Below, in pieces: positions 40,187 through 53,580 of a stretch of 64,000 bases of DNA. Position numbers and translations under genes: made by a program. Each line of letters begins with the position of its first letter. The first letter of the stretch is position 1. A model generated the notes under the pieces. The model ran no database searches. It was not told the DNA's origin and was given only the letters and a program-made list of their open reading frames with translations. Origin of the DNA: Eledone cirrhosa (Eukaryota); contig OZ024742.1 of the NCBI GenBank assembly GCA_964016885.1, forward strand, positions 266,972,001 to 267,036,000, given 5' to 3'.

Positions 40187-40486
40187 TTATATATCTATAT
40201 ATATATATATACATATATATATATAAACGGAAAAAATGAAACGATATTTCATTTCCCACTCTTAGTACGGCTGTTACTTAAATATAAGTATGTACACGTA
40301 CATACATATACGTATACCGACGTACAGTAGTATGTATATATATATATACATACATGCACACATATATATATGCACGTATGGATTCACCGAACATTTATTA
40401 TAATGCTCGGTGTGTTTGTAAACAAACATCCCGTATTAAGCCGTAGTGTCTAGCAACCACCGTTGCTCGTTTGTTCAACACTGACA

Positions 40487-40541
40487 AAGGAACGCTGTAC
40501 TAGTTTCAAGCTTGTTAGCTATCATCAGCAACGTATACCTT
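40487..40541 (-). ncRNA. Minimal type-I hammerhead ribozyme
   Basis: AAGG-TATA-CGTTG-CTGATGA-TAGCT-AACA-AGCTT-GAAA-CTAG-TA|CAGCG-TT-CCTT. Stem I pairs; stem III is palindromic (ACTAGT); GUA cleavage site at 40498/40497. Confidence 0.8.
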
Positions 40542-40916
40542 CCTGCCAGATTATTGAACGTATATACTTACCTTATGCATATTAACGGGTGAGTAGCCCA
40601 ATTTGCATATCGAGTGGGTTAATCGGCCGGGTGCACCGAAAACGATAAACGGAAAAAATGAAACGATATTTCATTTCCCACTCTTAGTACGGCTGTTACT
40701 TAAATATAAGTATGTACACGTACATACATATATGTATACCGACGTACAGTAGTATGTATATATATATATATACATACATGCACACATATATATATGCACG
40801 TATGGATTCACCGAACATTTATTATGATGCTCGGTGTGTTTATAAACACACATCCCGTATTAAGCCGTAGTGTCTAGCAACCACCGTTGCTCGTTTGTTC
40901 AACACTGACAAAGGAA

Positions 40917-40950
40917 CGCTGTACTAGTTTCAAGCTTGTTAGCTATCATC

Positions 40951-40952
<2 letters not shown>
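40917..40952 (-). ncRNA. Second hammerhead copy lacking the 5' strand of stem I
   Basis: Identical core to 40487..40541, truncated by the adjacent palindrome. Confidence 0.65.
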
Positions 40953-41500
<548 letters not shown>

Positions 41501-41646
41501 AAATAGCTTGCCAAGTCAGGAAATGGTATCTGTTCTATCTCTAATGTAAAAAATTAAGGTTAGATGGATAAAGAGTAGTCTCCCTTTAAAAGGTTTTTTT
41601 TTGTACATGCCTGTTTAAGTGTGTGGGAGAATGCGTGAATTTGTAA

Positions 41647-41685
<39 letters not shown>

Positions 41686-41860
41686 AGAAGTTATGTCTAT
41701 ACGTAAATGTGGAGGATAGATGTTCTCTCGTGTTAGAACTGGTCTTTGTGTGTGTATGTGTGTGTGTGAGAGAGAATAAGTGCAGGTGTAAGGGCATGTG
41801 TGTGCGTGCGTGCGTGCGTGTGGGAGGGGGTGGGGTGTAAATACGGGGCTAGATTCTCTA

Positions 41861-42410
41861 TCAAGTTATAAATTGGGTGTTGAGTTCTAGTCTATTATTG
41901 ATTGGTGGTTGTGTTTTGTCTATAATTAGTGCTTCCTTAATTCTAAGATTGCCGAGGTTTCTTTCCTTAGTTTCTATCCTAACTGTTATGGTTTTGTCGG
42001 TATTTTTGCATTTAACTAGGTGTTTCTTAAACGAGGAGGCGTTAGTATTGAGGTGTTCTTTTATTCTTATGTGGAGTGGTCTGGTGGTGCTACCTACGTA
42101 GAAGTTGCTGCATTTGTCGCACTATAGTCTGTATACGACGTAGCCTGGTGGCATAGGTCTGTGTCGTTGATGGGGCAGTTGACTAGCTTGCAGCGGTTGT
42201 TATGTCTGGTTGAGTGTGTTTTGGTTAGCTGTCCGCGTAAAGAAGGACCTAAGTGGGCCAGTTGGATATCTAGTTCCTCTCGTTTGATAGCTCTGCGGAT
42301 GGCTGTTGTTGTTTCGTCACTCAAGTGTGGGAGCTTCAGGAATCAAGTGTTAATGCCTCGGGTGTGGTGTCCTCTGTTCTTTCTGGCACGGTTTGTGGTG
42401 AATGTCGTGT
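41861..42410 (-). mobile_element. Penelope-like element 3' coding fragment (GIY-YIG endonuclease); its 3' UTR runs toward 41324
   Basis: VVYRL*CDKCSNFYVGSTTRPLHIRIKEH...LRIKEALIIDKTQPPINNR, preceded by a Cys linker (CKLVNCPINDTDLC). Confidence 0.85.
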
Positions 42411-42415
42411 ATCAT

Positions 42416-42475
<60 letters not shown>

Positions 42476-42477
<2 letters not shown>

Positions 42478-42625
42478 GCCCGTTTGGTAGTGAGAAGCTA
42501 GGGAATATATATATATATATATAAATATATTCCCTAGCTGCTCACCAGCAAACGGGCCATTCGGGTATATATATATATATATATACCCGAAGACCCCGTT
42601 CGCTGGTGAGCAGCTAGGGAATATA
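42476..42625. repeat. Zig-zag inverted triplication of a ~30-40-bp unit, separated by (TA)n
   Basis: Units at 42476-42507 (+), 42528-42565 (-) and 42586-42625 (+). Confidence 0.85.
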
Positions 42626-42799
42626 AAAGCTGACAAATAAGATTTCTTTCTCAAAATTCAAACAAGCCGATTATGATTTTAATGAAACTTTGTCTGTTCC
42701 GTTATAGTGGAAGGAGGGCATTCTCCATTTACATAAAAATGCTTGCAAAAAATATTAAATTCTTCTTCTTCTACTTCTATTTCTTCTTCTTCTGAGATA

Positions 42800-45700
42800 A
42801 ATTGGTGTTCTTTTTGCAAAAACGCCCACCTAATTTTGAAAAAGAACAAAAGCAAACATGGTGGACGTCATAATTCCGGCTGCAAAAAAGAACAGCGGTT
42901 TGTTCAATCAAGAGAACAGCCATGTTTCGACCAGCAGCAGTGTTAACACCAGCTGTGTTAAACATTTAACTAGAAGCATCCAATTTCGATTTTTTCTTTT
43001 AACGAAACAAACGGCAATAGCAAACGTGTTGCAAGAACCACCACCACCACCACTACCACCACCACCACCACCACCACCATCTACACCCACTAAAACGAAC
43101 AACAGTACAAACGCTTTCATCAGCGCCGCCACCACCACTAACAACAGTATAAAAACTAGTATCAGCAGGAGTAACAACAACGGCAAGATCAACAAAACCA
43201 ACAACAGCAACAAGAGAAGCAACAGCAGAGCAGAGATGACAATCCCACAAAGCAGACAGGAGCCGGCAAGCGGCCATATCTTTGGGAGGGCGGTCAAAAA
43301 TGTAGAAAGAATTCACGTTAGCGAGAAGGAGATGAGAAGGCAAGTCTTTTGGTCAAGAATAGCCGCCAAAGGGTCAGACTCACCCATCCACCCTTCGTCA
43401 TGAAAATCAGACGTCTGTGTATGGCCTCTTCCTGGACTCAAATCGTGCGAGGTGGAACGGGTGACCGAGTTCCAAATCCAAAGGGCTATGAGTGCCGTCT
43501 GGGAAAAATAAACTTCCATAGTCCGGAGGACAAGTATGACACTGTGGATGTTATATTCGCTATCCCCCGAAGAACACAGAGCATAATCGACGACCCCATT
43601 CTGCAGCGAAGAGATCACCATGGTCCCGACGTACTTTGGCCAAAATCTTGTGAGTTTCCGAATGAAGCAGTTTTCTCCCTCAGTAGAGATCTCGTGCCTG
43701 GTGCCGGCCGCCGTCCTCGCTGACGTCGCAGAGACCACCACCGTCTTAGGTGGATCGGGGATGGAGCTGATAATCCAATCTAGCCATGAAAAGATAGAGT
43801 CCATCCCCGAAGAAATCGACCTTGACGACGGCAGCCCACTACCCGTGATCGTCGTGGGTAGGAAACCAAAGTGTCACGGGTGTGGAAATAAAACGCACCC
43901 AAAGCCTTTTGCCCCAAACTAACCAGCTCGGTTAGTAGACCCTCTCTTCTATCTACGCCATGTCCCTCGAGTGGAGAGGCCAAAACATCCTACGCCGCAG
44001 TGGCGGCAAAACTACCGACACCGGCACCAGCACCATCAACAACAGAAACACCATCTGCTCCCCAATCAGCGCCTCCTAGGCCATTGCAGAATATGCCCCT
44101 TCCCAATATTGCACAATCGGTCAACGAGTTTGATGACAATGAAAGGTGGAAAACCGACGGGGTGAGAAGAAAGAACGAGCTCCCACCCTTCGCCCTAAAA
44201 AAATAGGGTGAAACAAAAAAGAAAAATACTGAAGACGTTAACACCACCACCAACATCATCTTCAACAGCCCCATCGCCACAATCACTAACACCTACACCA
44301 GCATCAACACCAACATCCTCATCAACGCCATCGTCACACCCACCAAAGAAAAAAAAAGAACCAACGACAAAAAGTGTTACATGGTCAACATCACTCCTCC
44401 GTCAAAAACCATCGAACAACGGCTGCTATGTACTGTATTTTTTTGCACAATCAATATAAAAACACACAGAGTGGAGCGGGCATCCGAGTCCCAGATCCAA
44501 AAGGCTTTGGGACATGTGTGGGCTTAGAAAACCTACATCATACGTTGAAAAAGATATGGAACCGTGGATGTTTCCTTTGGAACCCCACGGGAAGCCAGCG
44601 AGTACTCCATGGCTCCACTAAATAGCGACGAGTTCACGATAATCCCCACGTTACTGCGATCAACGGCTCGTGAGGTGAAGGTAACCCAAATTCCGCCGGT
44701 GAAAGAAATTACCTGGCTGATCACTGCCTACCCCACTAACTCAATCCCCCCCCCTAAAAACAGCAGCAGCAACGACAGCAGCAATGATAGCAAGACCACC
44801 ACGCCAGAAGTAGCACTAACGCCACCACCATTCACCACACAACAACCAACACCAACACCAACGCCTATAGAGGACATTCCAATCCCCGACCTCTCACAAC
44901 TGGAGACGAATTGTGACGAGGTGAAGGGGTGGAAAACTGTATCTGTAAAAAAAAAAGAAACCAGGAAAGAAAGACCCTCTTCCTTCGTCCTAAAAAAATA
45001 GAGTCTGAAACAAACAAACAAAAAAGACAGCTACGCCACCACTACCACCACCACCACCCTCACCAGCATCAACCTCAACACCACCATCTCCAACACTACA
45101 AAAGACACCAACAAGGAAACAGAAAGAAACTCACACGCACAACCACAACAAAAGCAACCGTAACAATACGACCAAACCAAAACACACCACACAACAATAA
45201 GCAATTATTACATTACATCCAACACAACACCAGCATCACAGAGAAAAACTACACAATACCCCAAAAATTCACACCACCCACACACATACAAATCACACGT
45301 ATCACACAGAAAACATACACATCCCTAAAATTAAAATTCCCCAAGGATATCGGAGATTGTTGGCAAACACTCTACAAGAGAATATATAAAGACATTCTTC
45401 CGGAGAAGGCCACAAACAGTCAAAAAGACGGAACAATCTTCCTTTCTCCACAAGTACTAAGGTAAGTGGTCTTCCCCACCTTTTGCCACTCCTTTTCAAC
45501 ATGAGCTTACAAAGAATAGGCAGCCAAAATGCCTTTACACTCATCTTCGGCGGCTACTATGTGTACGCATCTCCAAGCCGGCCGAGATCCGGAGGCGGAG
45601 TCGCTGTGTTTTTTCGGAGAGACTTAGATCTCGTGATACGGACCATCTTCCTGGACCCAAAAGGAAAGTCGGTGGTGCTGGAAGTGACCAGCAGCCAAGG

Positions 45701-48665
45701 ATCTGTGTTTAGGCTAGTGGTGGCTGTTTATGCCCCGACAGGGGTAGGACGATCTGATTTCTTCAGGCGACTGGAGACCTTCCTAGGAACGTCCCCGTCT
45801 TTAACGTAAGTAGGCGCTTGGATGCACGCTGGGATTGTGTGGGATAAGCGGATAGGGGAGGAGAGTGTAAAAGCCTCGCAAACCTGCTCAGACGTTTCCA
45901 ACTGCCTGACGGGTGCCGACTGGTTTTCCAGCATTAGCCAATGTGGACATGGACAAACCGCATCGAGTCATCCAGATCGAATCTGGATAGAGTATTTTTT
46001 TATGAAATAGATAGTTCTAGCATAAGTTGTCCACAATTCAAGATAGTCGACTACACGGATCACAGATTTGTGATTTGTGTGGTCGACATAAATAGGCTTC
46101 ATAGACGGGACCCGGTAATTGGAAGCTAAACGTGTCACTGACAACCAGCAAAGCTTACAGATACCGGTTTAGCGAAGTAGCTATGCTGGCTTTGACAGGG
46201 GCAGTCGTCAACAACAAATTGATTAGGATAGAGTCCATTAGGTTTAGTAAGGCGTTAGCAATAGAGAAAAATAGAGCAGAGGAAGAACTAGTTAGTAAAG
46301 GCGTCGATGGGCCAGAGTGGTGGATGCGCATCGTGGCAACAAAGCCACAATCCAGTTTTGGAGGACCACGACGGGTTCATGTACTCGAACATGGGTAAAT
46401 GGTTGCGGCTTTTCAACAGCACTTCGCTCTGCTTCGGGGGCAGCGATGGGTAAAATCACAGGATGTACTTTAGCACCAATCTCGATGGTGGCTCTCGGCC
46501 ACGGAGGTGGAGTGTTGCGAAAAGTCGATAACAGCCGCTGAAATACGGGTGCAATGACTGACTGCACGAGGGGTAAATCCCGTGGTTTTGATGGTTGCCC
46601 TACGAGTTTTACGCATACATGCAAGACTTGATTGGAGACCTTTTGGCAGACGTCTAGTGTTACTAGCAGCAGCTCTGTGAGCCGAGGAGCGGTGGCACTG
46701 CTGAGAAAGGACCCGAACGCAGCGTTCAAGATTTTGGCCAAGGTGCTAGCAAAGAGGTTGGCGTTTGTCGTCACTGGTCTGGTGGGAGAGGCGCAGACAT
46801 GCGCCATTGCAGACAGATCCATCCACGACAGCCACCACCGCATGCGATACATCATGGATAGGGTACCTAACGAACGTGGCAAGGGTGGGGCCTTGATCAA
46901 TTTAGATCAGTCGAAAACCTTCAATAGGGTTAACCATCGTTATCTTGACGCCGGCCGGCTTTCGGTTCGTCTTCAGAGGCTTCATCGCTGCCATGCAGAG
47001 CGACATCTGCTCTGTGGTGAGGGTAAATGGTCACATTTCAGAACCGTTCAACAACATGCACTCAGTCCGCCAAGGATGTCCCCTCTCGTGCCTGTTGTAC
47101 GTATATACTCTTGAGCCATTACTGCACAAACATTGAGGCGATCGGCACTACTCTTAGAGAAAACGAGGCGGTGACCGGAGCAATGGTTAACCAGGAAAAG
47201 TCGGTGGGCCTGCGGCTCGGCACCTGGAGAGACAAGTCCATGTTGTCAACAGCATCGGTGGGCGCTGGACGGACGGACCGTTCTGCTTCGGTTCGGACGT
47301 CCAGACGGACAAAAGCTGAGAGGAGGTGACTAGCGGGTTGGCCTCTCTCACCTAGAAGTGGGCCGAAAGGAAGCTATCCCTGAAAGTTCGAGTGGAGGTG
47401 ACGAACGCGTACATCGGGTCCGTCATCTACTACTGCCTGACCGTCATGCCTTATCCTAATCCTTGCTTGACTGCACTGGAGCATTTGCTCTATCGTTTTT
47501 TGTGGAAGGGACGCGCTCCGATGGTCTGGTGGTGTATCTGCTGTCAACACCCACTACGTGGAGGGCTGGGCATGTAACGGCTGATAATTCGCTCAGGCTA
47601 TGGCATCTCCACCTCTTCCTCGATGGTGAAGAGGTGTGGTCACCGTTTGATAGACGTGTTTTCCCCCCGGCTCTGTCTCCTTGGCGGAGCTGCAGTCCTG
47701 GTTCAAGCGAAGATCGAGAGAGAATGACTTCAGGTGCTCACTTCCCTTGACCTAACGGGCGATGCGATCGGTGGAAACTTCACCCTAGCTTTCTATAGAA
47801 GGTTAGTGGAGGGAAAGATCGACGACGTCTTTGGGGAGACTCTGGGCGTCGACGAAAATCAACTAGCCATTCCTTTCGGGAGAACTTTCGGAACGTGGCC
47901 CATGGATAACTTCCAGAAAACCCTGGCCTCGTAGTGCTTCCGGGGAGCTTTTTCCAGTTTTGTATAAAGCCTACCCGCATAGAAGTACCGTCAACCGGGC
48001 CTGACCGAGATGCGCGCAGGGCGACGAAGCCCTCGTGCAGGAACTACTCCAGTTTCCGAGCATTGCTGACTTGTGGGTTTATGTCGAACATCTGTTGTTG
48101 TGTGTAGGACGGATCCGGCTCTCAGCTGAGTCCAATGTGAGCATTGCCCCGCCACCTTCCTTTAGCAGTTCTTATCCGTTTTTGTGACCATGGCGAAAGA
48201 AGTCGTGTGGTGGACGCGTTTTAATGGGCTTAAGACGAGCACTTACCTCTTCGGCGATGCCCTGATTAACTTTCTCAAATTCCATTTGAAAAAGAAAATC
48301 AAGGTGGAGAGAGAAGTGCTCTCTTCCCAGCATTTTGTTGAAATATGGGTGAAAGCGGCGAGCATGGCCCGAGTGAATGGGCCTACTCTGAATATGCGCT
48401 TGTAGACTGGAGGTGGAAAACTGGGAGAGGGCACTTGCCCTAGGATCTGGGTCATCGTGGATTTTTTAATGGGCTGTCTCCACGAGTGAACATCAGAAAT
48501 CTCCCCCCCCCCCCCCATTCGTGAATTTTCCTTTGTTTCATTTTCTTTTGATATTTCCTTTGTTATTACTATTTTCTTTACACGCAAAAATGCCCATATG
48601 TGCCGTCCTGTGTTGTCCTTAATGTTATACTTTATGCCAACCTTTGTGGTTAATAAAGAAAAAAA
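42800..48665 (+). mobile_element. L1/Tx1-type LINE, copy E, with two tandem ORF1 remnants
   Basis: ORF1a ~43000-44400 (GRKPKCHGCGNKTH), ORF1b ~44455-45465, APE 45483-46130, RT 46580-47300, C-terminus 48184..48405, terminus TTGTGGTTAATAAAGAAA. Confidence 0.88.
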
Positions 48666-48710
48666 TATATATATACATATATACATATATACATATACAC
48701 ACGCACACAC

Positions 48711-48753
<43 letters not shown>

Positions 48754-48904
48754 TACATATACATATACATATACATACACACACTTACAGAGATACACAT
48801 ACATACCCATACACATATGTGCACATACATATACATAGATATAAATAAACTATAGCCATGTACGCACACATACACGCTCATCCACACATACTTACATGGA
48901 GGCA

Positions 48905-49945
48905 TACTTACAGAGATAGTGGTCTAGTAAATATGTGTGCATTACTAATCAAAACAACTATTTGCACCTCTTGCAGGGAAGGTAAACTAGGAATAATTCT
49001 CAAATACTGTTTTATTATTTTCCTGATCATTGCCAGTGCTCCCACAATCACTGGTATTGTAACGGCCTTGAGGTGCCACATTTTTTCGATTTTAATTAGC
49101 AGATCTTTATATTTTCTTATCTTGTCAAGTGCTTTAGCCGCAATATTGTGATCACATGGGATGCTCATATCAATCATTAAACAGACCTTACAATGTTGGT
49201 CTTTTACAATGATATCTGGTCTATTCGCTTTAATGGTCCGGTCAGTATGTACAGGAAATTCCCAAAGAATTGTTACTTTTTCTTCTTCAGTTACAGCCTC
49301 AGGGTGATGATTGTACCACTTGTCTTCAGCTTTGATTTTGTAATGCCGACATATTACCCAGTGTAGATAGTAGCCAACTCTGTCATGTCTATATTTTTTA
49401 CTCTACAGGTGCTAAATATTTACATCCAGAAACTAAGTGGTCCACTGTTTTAACCTCATCATTGCAGAAACGGCACTTTGGATTTACTCCATTTCTCATC
49501 ACATTGACCTGGCAATTCCGTGTCGGTAAGATTTGATCTTAGGCAGCTACGATGAAGCCTTCGATCTCTGCTTTTATCCATGAGCTACGTAGCAACTGAT
49601 TATCAACTGAAGGGTGTGCTTTTTGTCAACATCAGCTTGTTTGCTACGGGCCACATATTTGCAATGCAGAGTTTTCTACTCCCACTTTGATGCTAATTGC
49701 TCTTGTCCTTTTGCTTTTTCCATTAATTTCATGTGCTTAGCAGCATCAGTTCCAAGAGTTTCCTTAGTCTGTTCAATCTGGGTATCAAGTATGAGATCAG
49801 TAGCATATTCTTTGCTCTCGTTCAAGATAGAATGAAGTTTCCTACTTCTCTCATGTTTTTGAAAAAATGTCAGTGTATAGTGGTTTGTTGTTTCAAGGTA
49901 TTTGGCTAGTCCAATAGTGGTGGTCTTGTAGGTAAGTTCAAATTT
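48905..49945 (-). mobile_element. R4/Dong-like LINE 3' fragment
   Basis: CRFCNDEVKTVDHLVSGC, ANRPDIIVKD, LMIDMSIP, KIRKYKDL, IPVIVGAL. Confidence 0.88.
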
Positions 49946-50059
49946 CACCTACTCTTGCGCCTCCCCACCTCACGCTCCACCTAGTCACCATCTTTCTAAT
50001 TGCTATACCAGAAATCCGTGTATACTTTAACGTAAATGAATTCAACATATCTTTTGATA

Positions 50060-50330
50060 TAGCATCAAGAATGTTCAATATTCAAACGTATTTTTGTACC
50101 TTCGAACACAATAGAGAAAATGACAGTTTCTTGTAACATTGGTACACGCGTCTGAATTCCAATATGTCTCATCATCTTTAGAAGCGTTCCCAAGTCACTT
50201 ATGACAACCGGGATAACATGCTCTAAAAATGCCCATGCCAAACTATACAATCTATCTTCATTCTTTAACGTTTGTATCTAATATCAAATAAGCAACTCGC
50301 GTACTATTAGGAACAAGTCTGTTTATATGG
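50060..50330 (-). mobile_element. Very old R4/Dong C-terminal remnant
   Basis: VIPVVISDLG..GIQ..MLQETVI resembles the Dong C-terminus. Confidence 0.45.
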
Positions 50331-51657
50331 GCTTCGACAGATGAGAAAGAAAAGCTAACACGAATTTCTTCAGGCTGTACTAGGCTAGTGGGAATAAGAA
50401 AGGGAGTTATATTCTAATCGATGACGTCAGCTATATACGTACGACAGATTCGATTTTACTAAAGACACAGGGTAACTGGTATTGTTAAACCGGGCGACGT
50501 ATTAAGTTTACCAATATATTTTCAGAGAGATCTACTATGAGTCTTATACCCATACTTTGTCTGATTCTCTCTAAACTTAGTATATATCTCCAACTAATGT
50601 AAGTCATTTGTTGTCGACGTTACGCATTGATAAGAGACCTTTAGCTCATATGTCTATTTCATGAAATTAGTTTCCATTTTCTGAGGAATTATTATCACCT
50701 GTTCCAGTGTTCCAAACATATGCAAAAATAAACAATATGAACTAACATATGCCATATACTGAACTAACATATATAATATCGCGAAACCATTGATTAAGAT
50801 TTCGCTTCCCAAGCAAAAAATAATTCCGTCCTAAACAATAGCTAACTCTCTCCAAAATACTCAAGTAACACTAACATTAGAATAGCGTAACTTAGAGTGA
50901 TACACACTCAAAATCTTCATGTAAAAATGTAAAACAACTCCATTCATATGAATGAGATAGACACGTCGACACGTTATTGCATTTGGTATTTACTCTTAGC
51001 GTTATCTTCTATCTTTCTCTTCTCTCTATTTATACTCCTCCGCACTAGATAGCTGACTCATTTCCAACATAACCAAATATATCTGTCACTTATTTTTGTC
51101 AGATCCCAACTAGGATTCATTCTTCATATGCCTCACTAAATACGTTGTCAATTCACAGAATTATTACATTCGAAAATTCTCTTACCGCCTATAGACTTCT
51201 CTGGAATTTTCCACCGACAATTTTAGTTAATCATTTCATCTTATCTCAGCTGATCTTCCGATCGAACCAGGGTAACACACTCATGCCAGATGTCTCGATA
51301 GTGTATAACTGTACTGAAGATTATATCGGAAATACGAACAGTGATTTTATTCAAACTGAACATCAAATACATTGATTTTCCCAGTATGCGAAGACCTGCA
51401 AAGGTCATAGGCATTGCTCCCGCTTTTACTGCCGAACTAATAAAAGGAAAGAAACGAAAAGATCAAAAGTAGTAAACATCTCAAGTATCACATGTTCTTC
51501 CTTTGCAGTAATGTTCCTTTATATGCTTCCGCAATGATGGTATACACACACACATCTGTATTGAATCACTGCTTTATCGATATCTATTCATGTGAATGCG
51601 TGCGTATATGTATTTGTATATATATATATATATAAGTGTATGTGTTTTGTGTGTGTT

Positions 51658-51689
<32 letters not shown>

Positions 51690-52529
51690 CGTGTGCCTGC
51701 AAGTGAATGTGTTCAAGTGAATGTGTGTGAAAGAGAAAGAAAGCGAGGAAGAAGTTTTGGCTCGGTAAAATAGAACATCAAGTTTTGATGGTCTGACCCC
51801 CATGGAAAATATTCGTTTTCAACACTCCGGTTCAGAAAGGTCAATTATTTATTCTCTCGTTTATTGCAACATTTCATATAAAGCATCCTAATCGTAGATA
51901 AGATATATGGAAATTATAGCTGCTCTATACTATATATCAATATCACTTATCTATAAACTATATATCAGTACCACTTACCTAGCTGTTCCGATTTAACTGA
52001 TATTACAGAACAACACTTATTGTTCATCTATTGTTGCAAATACTTATAAATGTGAGTAATCTGTAAAGTATAAAATATATTTACTGCTGTGTAGAGCAAT
52101 GTTTTTAATAAGATGTAAACTGACAGTATTTGAGACAGCTTATTAAAATAGATAGGAAGGCTGGATGGTGAAAAGAAGTTTTCTAGATAAAAAGGAAATC
52201 ATAGCAATAGTATGAACAGAATAATAATATAGGACAGAAATGAACGCCTATTCAAGAGATGACCTGTTGTGACATTTGAATGGGAGATGAATGTATTTAT
52301 AACATAAACAGCTATTTCAAGAAACTGTACAGAGAATTGTGTGGAATTTCAGATTTAAAGACATTGTTCGTTGTAGTTATCTTGTTAGTTGTAGTTAGCT
52401 CAAGGATTCATTTTGGTCGGTTTCCATATAGAAATCAGAATTAATATTGCGCATTATATATCTGTGTGACGGTGTGGTGAGTGTTCTTGTGAGCGTGTGC
52501 ATGTTTACTCTTTTATAACATCTCGACGC

Positions 52530-52706
52530 ATTGGCAGTATCGGTAGAGGGTTGGACGCCATGCTTTCTACCATAGTTACGTCCCTTTACAGTCTGAGTTC
52601 AAATCCCGCCCAAGTTAACTTTGTCTTTCATCCTTACGGAGTCGATAAAATAAAGTACCAGTAATGTACTGGATAATTACTGGCCTTGTGCCTAAAGTAG
52701 AAACAA

Positions 52707-52710
<4 letters not shown>
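52530..52710 (+). mobile_element. tRNA-derived SINE, family 1
   Basis: A and B boxes, core and GTAGAAACAATTATT tail. Confidence 0.85.
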
Positions 52711-52758
<48 letters not shown>

Positions 52759-52919
52759 GGTTCAAGAATAGACGACACACAGAGGCAAAAACAGTCTTAT
52801 ACCTATAGACACACTCACATATATATATATACCTACAGACACACTCACATATATATATATCTATACATACACACACATACACACATATATCTATATATCT
52901 ATACACACACACACACACA

Positions 52920-52999
<80 letters not shown>

Positions 53000-53003
<4 letters not shown>

Positions 53004-53113
53004 AACCAGTAAGACCCGGGGTCTTACTGGTTCCTATTACCCACTCTACTACCTCAAGTATTGAGTACTTTGGTGCGTTATGGTCCACCTGGTTCCTTAC
53101 CACATTTCCTTCG

Positions 53114-53115
<2 letters not shown>
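53000..53115 (+). mobile_element. Short (TA)n-embedded element with an 18-bp fold-back at its 5' end
   Basis: TAGGAACCAGTAAGACCC|GGGGTCTTACTGGTTCCTA; body nearly identical to 39788-39885. Confidence 0.8.
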
Positions 53116-53156
<41 letters not shown>

Positions 53157-53158
<2 letters not shown>

Positions 53159-53322
53159 GTTTTTCCCGGTATCGAAGACGCTACTCTTTTCCTAAAATAC
53201 GTTTCAAAAATCTACCATGCGTCCTAGAGGCCGAAGGGTGTTTTATTATTTTTTTCAAATTTTGGGTTGTCATAATTAGGGTGCGTCCTCGAGGACGAAG
53301 CGTCTTCGGCGCCAGGAAATAC

Positions 53323-53324
<2 letters not shown>
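53157..53324. mobile_element. Tc1/mariner-superfamily MITE, ~25-bp TIRs, TA target
   Basis: TA|CCGTTTTTCCCGGTATCGAAGACGC ... GCGTCTTCGGCGCCAGGAAATACGG|TA. Confidence 0.8.
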
Positions 53325-53388
<64 letters not shown>

Positions 53389-53390
<2 letters not shown>

Positions 53391-53580
53391 ATTTTGCTTC
53401 AAGCATAGCTTTATACAAATATCTATAGAAATTTCGTATTTCTAAAGAAACACGGATTTAGGAAGCCGCAGCTATGCAAACACTGGGGCTAACGCCCACT
53501 GGTGGTGTCCAGCAGAAGAAAGGGGGACAACTGTCTATGCATTTCAGGCTTGACTGGCCTTCGTCAGGACGGTCCCTCCC
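53389..53580 (-). mobile_element. Short hammerhead-bearing element ending in (TA)n; PLE pseudo-LTR-like
   Basis: Contains an intact hammerhead; a diverged second copy lies at 58628..58782 on the + strand. Confidence 0.75.
53524..53576 (-). ncRNA. Minimal type-I hammerhead ribozyme, intact
   Basis: GGGAC-C-GTC-CTGACGA-AGGC-CAGTCAA-GCCT-GAAA-TGCA-TA|GAC-AGTT-GTCCC. All core residues are present, stems I and II pair, and stem III is palindromic (ATGCAT). Confidence 0.85.

Noticed and set aside
51186-51397. Minus-strand segment with acceptor/donor-like ends and a KIVGG trypsin-like motif
   Set aside because: Stops occur in all frames and there are no other protease motifs; likely chance.
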